Part shown: positions 25,369-37,300 of the stretch, in pieces
Numbering within the stretch: position 1 is the first letter of the stretch
Layout of the letters: each line of letters opens with the position of its first letter
Assembly: GCA_964199315.1 (NCBI GenBank)
Contig: OZ116701.1
Span: forward strand, 7,254,001 to 7,318,000
Length of the DNA: 64,000 nt
From: Orbicella franksi
Lineage: Eukaryota
Direction: 5' to 3'
Program-made: the position numbers and the translations under genes
The notes under the pieces: model-generated
Database searches by the model: none
Told to the model about the DNA's origin: nothing
Seen by the model: the letters and a program-made list of their open reading frames with translations, nothing else

Positions 25369-28300
25369 TCATACCTTGCTGTTGATGGCGCCCAAAGAAG
25401 AAGCCTTTTGACAATCCTTGTGCCATGAATCGATTAACTCCCAGAACTTCCTCTGGTTTGCAACAAAAGTAACGTTCTGGGGAAGAAGACAAGAAACGAA
25501 CCGTTTACAAGCGGAGCGCATTTCCGATGACGACTGAAACTGATTGTGCGGTTGTTTTGATTTTTTCTTCGTGAACTCTTACATTAGTTTACAAAACTGG
25601 TGCAAGTGTTGCAACTGGAGCAACCAATCATAACAAAGAAGCGATCTTCGCACCCAGTCAGATACAGACTGATGGGGGGCCATCGTCTACTTGTCACAGC
25701 CTCCCGCGGACTATTGATCAGAACGGGAAGCTAGGACCAAGGAATCCTGGCCCATGGAAGTTATAATACTAAAATGACAATCACATTCCACGTAAAAATC
25801 TATACATCTTGGTTATTCTTGAGGCAAGCCTGTCGAGACCTCATTACTTGAATGTTCCCCCAACTATGTCCCCAAAGCATTTTCAAAAACCTACCTCTTG
25901 TTGTAAGATCTTCATTTTAGCATTTTGCTGTGACAACTTTCCTCGAAGCTAGATAGCAAATGAAAATTGAATGAGAGAAACCAGCATTATTGGTAGCTTA
26001 TGTTACTTTCCTAGATTTCAAAATTCCCAGTTCCTTTTTCGAACACCCCGTCTCATCTGGCAAACAATCCAAAGACTTGCAATTACCTTGGTATTCTCCT
26101 GCTCCAACTGTAATAGACGGGCCTTCATTTCCTCTACATTGCCTAAAAGGACAACGACACTATGTTTATTTACGTTCCAATTTGCAAAACAACGACAACA
26201 AACACAACAATGCTAATTTTGAGAGTCCATCGTTATTTTGGTTCTTTGTGAACTTAAAATATTCAACAGGCAATGTTTTTACCTGGCTCCAGATCGCATT
26301 GGACCGCTACAGATGTCGTGGATATTTCCCTGAAATGTCAGAAAAAAAAGAAAAGAAGTCAAAGGCAAGGAAGCCGATTAAAAAACCAACGTGATACTCT
26401 AAAGTACCCTATCGTATCAACCGATCGACATTCCGTTTGCTTAAAATGTTATGATAGTTACCAAATTTTACCAACTAGGTTAAGGTCGATTACCAGCCGC
26501 TGTTCGGGAAAGTAGAAATCGATATTATTGAAGTATCCAAGAGGAACGGAGAGGAATGTAGACCGGAATCGAGAGAGCGGCGGAAATCGAACCTAAGCCA
26601 TGGTGGGACCACTTTCAAATCCTCGCCTGAATTACTATGCAGTAACGATCATGGGATAACTCCTAACTCACGGTCAGCAAATAAATTCGATTCTCATTAA
26701 CGGTATCTAATCATTTTTGCAGTAATAGATGGGAGGATTAAGGGCCTGTTTATGACCCTCTTGGAAGGATTACCCTTCTAGAAGGGTCAAAATGTAGCCC
26801 TCTTTTACTTCCTCTTGGTGATTAGCTTTTTAATTCTTATAACTGCATTTCTGACATTGTATTGATATAGTGAGGGCAAAATGATTGTTTTAACAATTAA
26901 GTAATTAAATTACTTACTTGTTGTTAAGAGAAGGTGTTGGAGGCTTCGCCTGGCCATGTATAGGAATATACTCCGCCTCACGAAGCTCCTAATACGAAAG
27001 CATTGACAATTTGAAATATCAAGCTTGGAAATTTTTGTCTCGAGCGGGGAAGCAGCTGGGCTTAATTACCAGCCGCTGTTCGGGAAAGTAGTTCGCGCTC
27101 TTCTTGCGGAGCTAGAGAGGGCCCAGGTAAATCAAGTCTAGAAAGCCGCGAAAACAGTTTGATTAAGACCGCCAGTTTCGGAAGAGATGTTACTAAGAAA
27201 CATGGCGACATTTAAGCTTTTGGAGCGTTCATGCACTTTAAAAAATTCAAAAACAATTCTACAAACACGGTACTTGCCCAGAAGAATGATTCTGAAGCGA
27301 AGAACGTTTTGAGAATATGTTCTTAACTTAATTAAAGGTAATTCTACTGACATAAAAGTGAACACCCAGGCGGAAAACAAGGCATCATCGAGCTGAATTC
27401 TGATCATCAAATATCCTTTATCAACCTCGAAAGAATTTTTTTAATTTTTGGTGCGAGAAAAAACAACAGCTCTCTCCTGAAGAAATTCTTTGCCAACGCG
27501 CACGTCAAAATACCTATTTTTGTGTCCAACTATCATAATTAAGGAGAGCGGATTTACTACAAACCAAACACATACATTTTTCAACCATGCTGGCACATTG
27601 CTCTCTGAACTGGAAAGAGAACGACCATAACTGGACGCGCTAGCCTGGGACGGGCTTCTGTTGGAATCGTGTGAGCCACTCGACTCAATGGAAATGTACT
27701 CCGCTTGGTCAAGTTCCTGTGGGGGAAGGAGAGAAAGGGATGTTTAGAAGAAAGAAGTATTCAAATTGTCAAGTACCAGCAATAGGTTACAGAAACTCTA
27801 GAAAATGTTGAAACATTTTCTCAATGTCCATGCGTCGAAAGGCCTTACTTCGTTGATGGTGGACCTTGAAAAATAAAGCCTATATATTCAGGTTCCCATT
27901 TCGTCATCGATCTCAATTTCAATCTTAAACATTGCTGATTCTTCTTAGTTAGTTATTTTTCTATCTTGGCAACCCATTATTTTGATACTTTCATCTATCT
28001 GAAGGTAACTTTACACGTTACAAAAACAACTTCATATGAAGAAGGCGAGAAATGGGTGCTTCAAAAATTCCCTTTTAAAAGTACAAAAATAAAAGCACAC
28101 TTACGTCTTGAAGCCAAGCTGGTGGCAAGCTACTCTCTTCCAGACTCCTGGGGTCAGAGCCAGACCCTGGTGCCCGGGGCGAGCGACCAACACCAGAGTC
28201 CTTCGTATCACCAAACGGATCATTTGGATTGGCAGGTCCACTGTCGTGATTGAGGTTCAGTCTCATCGGCTCGGAGAACACAGAGTCCGCACCATTATCG

Positions 28301-31300
28301 CCCGCTGTAGAAGACAAAATATTGGTTTTATCATCTGCTCAGTCGTTCTTTTTCTACTGGAATCTTCTAAGCAAACGTCTTTAAATGAAATATTTGTAGA
28401 AATAATAAAAACGAAACCCACTGTTTAAGTTGTTGATTGACTTTGAATTTTTGTTTGTTTTCCAAACACTCAGCCAATTAAAAAGGGGGCAATAACACAG
28501 GCATTTTAACAGCACGAGGCTACTTTCTCCGCCAAGGACCTCTTCATATGAGCCCGGTAACCGGGCTGGCTCGGTTACCGGGACGAATTTTGTTGTCTGT
28601 TCATATGGGAAATTTCAGCCCGGTCTACCGGGATAAAATCCAAGAAACACAACCAAAATGGTAGAACATAAACTTGTATCGTTCGCGGCTCTCGCAGCTT
28701 TGTGGACTCTTGTAACTTTACCAATAAAGCTAATTCGCCTACTCCTGAAGTGGAAATACATACAAGGCAAAAATTATGTCATTCTAGCCGCTATGTTGCG
28801 AAAGCGAAGTTATTTCGTCTAAAAAGTTGCGTCCCGGTTACCCGGGCTGGAGTGTTCATATGGGAAAATTTTCATCCCGGTTACCGAGATCTCGGTAACC
28901 GGGCCAGCCTGGCTTCTCATATGAACACATCGAGATTTTTATGAAGGAAAGAGTGGCCAGGCGAGATCCCGGAAACCGAGCCAGCCCGGTTGACCGGGCT
29001 CATATGAAGAGGCCCTAATACTCTGTCCACACTACGCCGGGGGGAATTTGAAAACGCAACACTCACCAGTCATTAAGGATTTGTGGTTGCGGAAAACTCA
29101 GTCAGAGAAACCACATGATTATCGAGATGTCACCGTTCCCGAAAAGCTTCGTTTTCAAAATGTTTTCTGTCCACACTTAAACCCCTTTCTACCTTAAACT
29201 CCTTACGAAACCGACTTTGTCAGACAGACTAAAGATTGTACTAAAAACGACAAGGTACTGAACACTGCACTTACATGACTGAGACTCAAGCGACCGTCCA
29301 GATGACCCGCCACGTTTAACAGTTCGGGAACTAAGAACACGCTCTGTGAAAAAAAAAAAAAAACAACGAAGGATGAGTTAATTTTGATGTGTTATCTTTA
29401 TTCCAAATATTTAGCAATTATTGCACGAGGTTGACCAAAATGTCGTGATTTGTCAGTGGCGAGGAAAAATTGTACGACCAAAGAAAGCGTCTTGTTAAAT
29501 TTTAAGTTTGAAACAGTTCAAATATTTTCAGTTACCTGCCACTATTAGAGAGTTCCAGTGTCTACAAGCCACACACGACAACACGTGGAGGGCGCCGAAA
29601 ATAGGTCGCGGGACAGCCGTGCACGGGATTCCACCCTTAGCCCGGGCGAGGCTGTCAGTCAATACGCCAAGCCGACCATTGTCACCCCTTCCCCAAGAGT
29701 AGATCTGATTGTCTGTGGAAAAGAAGATGTAAAACATACATGTATTGGAAGATTACACATCACAAAGAAAATTTAACCACTAAAAAAAACCGAGAAGAAA
29801 AAAAGAGGTACAAAGCTGAGAAAGGTTTAGTTCCCGATAAGATACAAAGGTGTTTTATTTTGCGTAGTCAGATATCATGTAAAGGATGGAGGGTTCATAC
29901 CTGCAGTGGCCACCACAGTGAAGTCATCTCCGCACGCCGCTTGCACAATTCGTTTGCCGACCATTTCCCCACCAATGACACAAGGTCCCGTTCGGGATTT
30001 GAAGTCTCCTACCCCCAGCTGACCGAATTTGTTGGATCCCACTGTTATTAGGCGCCCATATGCTGCGAAAAAGTCAAATAAAATAGTTGAAATTACAGCA
30101 TTGTGATTAAAGGCTTTGAATTTTCCCGCGCAATTAACAACCAATCAGGGACATCACTAAGGATTTTTTCAGATTGAACGTCTCTTGAGCGGGGAAAGAA
30201 TCGAGAGCGCAGCAGGAAAGGCCTCAGTTCTGTAAGTCAATTTTACACCATTTTGGTTGTAAAGCTTAATTAAAAGTATCATTAAACCCTAGTTCAAACT
30301 CAGCTTTGACACTTACCATCTATTACAGCTGAGTGCGATCTACCAGCGGATACAGACGCGATACTGTATCTGAAAAACACAAAACACCCATACATGAAAG
30401 GGAGACAAAAAAAAAAAAAAAAAAAAAAAATGAAAAGAAAAGAAAAACGCAAGGCAACCATATTGCTTAATTCAATTACAGAAAGAAAATTGACCTTCTC
30501 CCAAAGGAAATTATTAAGCCCAGGTCAAACGTCAAACTTAACATGAGACGAACTAAATTGCAACTTGAGTCCATACATACGGGTAAAGCTTGACTGTTGG
30601 GTCAAACGCCGAACTTAATCCGAACTTAGATGGACCAACACGTTTCATCCGTCTGCTCCAGTCAAACGTCGAACTTACCATGAACTTAATCCGCTCAGTT
30701 TAGTTCGTCTCGTGCGAAGTTCCACGTTTGACCTGGGCCTTTAATACCAGCATTCAAACACAGATCGAATAGCAACTATTTGCTGATGATCAACCCATTC
30801 TTAATCGCCCTTTTCCCCACCCTCCTTGAGGAAGAGATGGCTCACGTGATGGGTAAAGGACCCTATAAGGACTACTCGTTCCATGAGGCTAAGAAGTTGA
30901 AAGAGAAGTCAATGTGTACTCACTTGTTAAGCGGCATCACAGGTTTGGGAAGAGTGACGTACGGAAAATGGCCTGTGGTAGACTAAGAGTAAAACAGAAA
31001 GTAATATTACAGACTGAAGAGCAATGTTCATGTAAGTCAGATTAACATGTTAAAGGAGCTCAGTCCCGGTTTGCGCATATTGAAAAGTTTAGCCTCAATT
31101 TTTCAAATTCTTCGTTTGTAATCCGTGTTAATCTTCTCCATCCTTAGCCATCCTTGTTCCTTTATGGTTTATCATTATGTCTTTGGTGTTTTTCTATCTT
31201 ATTAAACTGTTATTTTCAGGTTTCCTTCAATTTAAAGGTAATTTTGTATGTGGCCAAAATAACTCAAAATACCGTGACTGAACCCTTTAAAAACTGGCTC

Positions 31301-34300
31301 AAAGAGTAGTTACTCAACATCAAAATGAAAGAAAACCAAAACCAAAAAAGAGGAATCGATCCCAAAATGAACGTCGAACAAATTCAGTCATCAGCATACC
31401 TTAACTTGTCTTTTCCTCAGTGACTGGGGTGTGTCAATTCCTAGTTGATTTTCATCGTTGTTGCCAAAACCCATCAGTCGTCCAGTTGATGTCAGCAAGA
31501 AGGTGAAGTCAGAACCACAGCAAACTGATACCACCTTACACTGCAATGGAACATCAACCTGGAACAGAACCAATCATTTTGGTCACTGTTGTACACGTAG
31601 CCTATTTCAACTCGCGGATAGTTTCCGTTGATACATAGCTCGGGAGATTTCCTTATTCAATGAGAGCCATTTTATCGCCAGTATCAAAAAATCGCTTTAT
31701 GAAGAGGCCAATCACACACGACTACACAGATCCTAGTAGTTCGTTGGGGGTCTCGAACAAGAAATTGTGCACTAATTCGCTGACGGAATTTACACGGAAA
31801 TTTCTGTCTGTAACGCTGGCTACTATACTATACATGCTGCAAAGATATGAAACGCAAAACAAAACTTTCCGGTATGGCGGCTGCGATATAGCCGAAGCAA
31901 GTATGCCGGTCCACGCATGGGATCATATTCAAGGGAGCGTGATACTGGAAGGTTTTTAGGAGACTAACTTTCATGAAGGCGTATTTTCAGAAGTTAATGG
32001 TATTTTACAAAGACACTGTTATCCGCAGATTACTAGTGGATTAAACAGAAGATCTGGACATGCTTCAGAGTATGGTGCTCTATATTGCAAATACCATTAG
32101 CCTGCGAGCAGGCTGCTCTTCGCGGGAAAAATGACGGAGGAGAGAGAGGCGAAATCCGCAAAGAACCTGAGTTCGTAACGAACCTGCTCGCAGGCTAAAA
32201 CTACCACGGCCTCCACAGCTCCTTGGAGGACGTTCCCTAAGTCACACAATATCCCGTCCACCGATCGACACGTTATAACTGCCAATCTTGAACCTTGCAG
32301 CTTGGAAAAAACGTTTCGGTAAAATAGCTAGATTGTAGGTTGACAGCGTCAGTATCACCACAAAACGACATCAGCGTAGTGAGGTGCAAACTCTTACCTT
32401 CTGAGGGGCAGCACAATCGTCTTCATTTCCCAGGCCCAAACGACCTAAAAAGACAAAATACTGTCCAAAATGCACTTCTACTCAATAACACAAGAAAATT
32501 CTATTTACGGTTTCAAGTAATATATCAAACACGAAAGACCGTGTTTGACCACATTTCCAACAACCCAGAAGAGAGTTGAAAATACGACGTGTAACGGAGT
32601 ATTTTTGACGAATTTCGAGGTGTTTGGAAATGTGGTCAAACACTCTCTTGAGTGTTTGATATATCTCCTCAATCGAGTGTAAAACTGAGGAGAAAACGGA
32701 GAATTAAACTCGTAAAAATCTATGCAATTAAGGTCAGATATCCAAACACTCTCACGGTCATGATTTACTTTGATTAAACTTGATGAATTATTAATGAGTT
32801 TGAAAAAGACTACTGAAAAATCATACACTGCAATGAAAATGATTTTTAAAAACAGCTTCTTCTTTTTCAAAACATCCTGTTGGAAACAGAAAGCTGAACA
32901 AATTCCAAAATTACATATCAGCAGGCTTACCATACTCTCCACAGCCCCAAGAATACACTTCCATTGAAACTGTATGAAGAAAGAGAAAAAGAACTGAGGT
33001 TTAGACGAACAGACAGCAAAGTGTGAAGCATTATATGCACGTCTAGGTTTTCCTTAGTAAAGTTTTCACGTCAAGACCTATTTGGTCACAGTGAAACATA
33101 TAATAATGTTCTCCGTTGAAAAGCAGAACATCTAGCAATTTACGAGACTAGTCTAGACATGAAACAAGCGACGTGCTGTGACTACACCATCGGTTCACCC
33201 CAAAACGTTTCGCACTGAAGCGGTAGTGTTCCTGCGAAAAGGATAACTTAACTTGAATGGAAACCATGAGCTTACAAAACTAATGCAAGGGCAGATGGAT
33301 TTGCTTTGCAGAAGAACAAGGCCCCGTTTGGGGAAGCTACTTTTAGCCAGCGTCCATACTACGCCAGAGAAATCTGAAAACGCAGTTTTATTTCTACGGT
33401 TGTGACTGGCGTCCACACTGATCCGTCACGAAAACAGAGCTTTTCGAAACCGCTCTTCAAACCGAAAGAATTTGAAAACGCCGACTTTGCGTTTTCGTGA
33501 GTACGGAAAACATTTTGAAAACGGAGCTTTCCGGAAACGATGGCGTCGCGAGAATCATGTGATTTCCCTGACCGAGGTTTCCTCAAACACAAATCCAAAA
33601 TTCTCTCGACCAATTAGGAACGGTAACGAAACCAGTCGTGAATAGGATTTGTGGATTGCTACGTGCGCGGTTTTAATAGTAAGCCCTGATTGGCTTGTTG
33701 CACTATTCGACTACGTTGTGGTAAGTCAGATAGAGCGATTTTCAGTTGAGCATCGTAAAACCAAAACCAAACCAATAACTTACCAATTAGACTACTCAGC
33801 CAATCTCAAACCGTAGGAAAACAAAACCAAAACCAAAGTAATTGCCTGATTACTTTCGAGTATCAATTGTAAACCGCTCTATGGTCAGCTTTCTTCAGCT
33901 GCAGACACCTGAAATAACTCTAGTCTAAACGAAGCCGTTAAAACGAAACAGCAGGAAGCTAAACCAACCTGTAAGAGCCACAATATGGCACTCTCCACAC
34001 GCTACTTGTGACACAGGGTTTTCAGCAAAGAATTCCACTCTGTAAGGCGTGGTAACTTCCTCGTCCAACTCATTGTTACAACCAATGCAACCCCAGTAGT
34101 CTGACCCAAATGTGTACAAGACACCTTCCTCTGGTCGAAAATAAAGATATATCAACATCGAAATTATCTACACCACCTTAGATATTTATATTTCCTATAT
34201 TTTCCGGCTCGGAGAATTAGGTGTTGGATGAAGACTTTACTTCTGGCTTGTGGATTTGATCCGCCTCTATCATCCAGTCTCGGTCAGAGACGCCATTTGG

Positions 34301-37300
34301 ATGTAATTTATAAGACACGAGAGACCAAGTTTCAACACATTTCCAAACACTGAGAAGATTTGTTGATGGACGAATTTACACTAGAGCCAGATTATTCGAT
34401 GCTGAATTTGTTTCAGGCGACGAGTTATCCTTCTGAGACGATTTATTCGTCTGAGACGGAAAAACGGTCTACACCATGACGCGACTGCCTCAACAACAAC
34501 AGTTTATTTCTACTACTGTAAAACCACTGTAAACAACTAAAAGAATATGTGACACAAGCTATGATTGGCAAATCTGCGGAAAGGAATGCAGATCGGGTTA
34601 AAGCAACTGTAAGTGGGGAGAAGCGTTGCGTGACGAACGCAAATAACGGCTTCGAAGGGGAAAGAAGAACAAAAAGTCATCTCATGTGGAATTTCTACCT
34701 GTAACACATGCGGTAAACTCATCTCCACAGGCCACTTGTTTTATGGCGATTCCATGCATTGCCTCAACTGGTTTAGGAATGCGATAAGCTGCAGTGTCAC
34801 CATGTCCCAGCTGACCCACCATCTGTTTACCACCATGAGCATTCTGGAAAAATCAAACAAATAATATAAACTTCAGAATGTACAGTACCAGCTCTAGGGA
34901 ATACACTCAGAGGACTCTTTGAACAAGAAGCACTTTGAACTCAACCACACAATACCTGGAAGTTGAATCACGTTTTCGGCTAATGCCAGAGAGCTTAATC
35001 AAACCACGAAGGCGATGGCAACGAGAACGCCACCAAACAAAAGGTATAATAAGTAGAACAATGGCTGTGCAAGTGCGCTATAAATCTTTGTTCATTTCTC
35101 TGCCGTCCTCTGGAAAATAACAACGTGAAATGACTAAGTTCCGCGTATTTTGTAGAATGAGAACGACGGCCGCTAATTTTTCGTATTTTCGTTTGGAATT
35201 GAACACTGGCGTTATATATTTAGCTTGAGCAAGTTCTGAGGCCAATAGGTTCACAATCGCGAAATTCAAAGGTAAAAGTAAATCCATTTTTTTAGTAGGC
35301 GTCGTCCTCTGGGTCACCCTTCTCATTGCTTAAGCTATCTACTAACATCCTGTACAGTGTCTGAAATAAAAGTTTACTTTGTACTTACAGCCCAAGTAAA
35401 GAGTTCATTTTCTACAGTGACAACAGCAAAATGGGACTGACCAACAGCAAGCTGAAATTACAAGAACGACATCATTACAGGGTGAAAAGCAGTACTGTGC
35501 GAGTACGTTCAGAGTATTATTGAATGGCTGAGAAGATGCAAAACTCGTAAGAGATGCGGCTAGAAACATCTGAAAGTGCTGTTCCCACTGAATGCACAGT
35601 AAATTCAACCAAACCTGCATGAGAAACTAAAGATGGTCCTTCTTAAAGTGCACCTAACCCCAAAAATTTTTTTTCGCTAGAACGAATCTACTTATTATTT
35701 GAAATAGTTCTGCGAAAAAAAATTTGGATTCCGTTAAATCCTCGATTTTCTGTGCCACGACGAAATCTCGAAAATAGCTCCAAAACACCGCCATTTTGTT
35801 TCACGACCGAGTTTGAGGAGAATGGGTCCAGCGGCTCTTGTGACGTCTACCCAGGAAGGTTGGATATCTCATTTCCTCTCATTTCCTTCAGGATGGTGCA
35901 ATACACATTCGAAAAGTGCGCAGAAACGCCTTCCAGAGGCGCTATCGGCTGTTGCAGCAATATTCCAGATTTAAAGAAAGATATACTGTACAATTTACTG
36001 ACAATGATCGGCTAATGGTGCAATAAAGACGTAAACGATGGTTGATTTTGTCGAACCGAAACAAGCGAACTGAATCTGTGAGAACCATTGAAGAACTCTC
36101 ACTGGAATTTGTTCCGCAGACTTTCGAACGCTATTTTCATAAATTTTCTGCTTAAAGCTAACCAGCAATTTGTAGAAATACCACCGACAACCTATATCTT
36201 CCAATCCCGCAGTATTTATAACATAACCGGCAACGTTGTGTGATCCGGTCATGATCAAGAAGCGTTATACTGATATGTAAATAGATCGCAACTGTACGCC
36301 GCTAACCAACACTTATTTCTCTTTCGATTTAGATGAAAGTCGAAGATTAATCCTCTAGAATTACATGATAACAAAATTGTTAGACTCACAGAGTTTTTCG
36401 AAGGTTTGGAAATCAGCAGTGTGACAAAGATTCTGTGCAATAGCGTCGAAAATATGACCGCGTAACATTATCTGCGGACCGCTTAGGGAACACACCCTTT
36501 CCGCTTATCCGACGAATTTCACTGCAAACTTTGAGAACAATTTACATTGGTTATTTGGAGTTACGACTTAAAACGTGTGACAATGTGAAATCGGTAATTG
36601 CATGAAATGTTTCCTTCCGCCTTGCTTCCCGCAGCTTCAAAAATACAGCTCCAAACAATACGATTTTCAATCGATCGAAGCCAATGTTTTGGAGGTCATC
36701 AAGTCTCGAAAACTGCAACACGTACGTCGCTCTTATAAACATGAAGCATTCAACTGAAAGTAAAACACAAACTGGATTTAACAGAACCTTGACAAAATAC
36801 ATTCTCGGTAAGGGGCTATAAACACGCGTGGGAATCTTATGTTTAGTTGACGAAATTACCATCCAAAGCAGTCCTTGAGTTTTCTTTCCTGCTGTTCGTT
36901 TGCCTGCTCCTCCACTTCGTATCTAGCTTTCCATTCCTAATATACAAGCAGCTCGTCCGCAAAGACGTCTTCCCCGTCGTCGCTTGAAATATTGTAAATT
37001 GCTCTCAAAGCTCTAAGCAGTGAGTTCAGAGTTGTCGAACGTGCTCGATCGAAGTTTATTTCGGAGCCTTCCGAATCGAAACTTAACTCTGACTCCAGTG
37101 ACGAAAAAGAAATCATTCTGAGACAAAACTTGGACGTTTTAGTCCCAAAATACATCGGTACGATTAGTTTTGCATTCTATTTTCTCGAGCAAATACAGTG
37201 AGTTGACTGAGGCGCTATTGTGTTTGGTTCCTGGGTAGACGTCATCAGGTACCGCCGCCCCAGACTCCCTAAAACGCGGTCGTGAAACACTTAATCGCGA

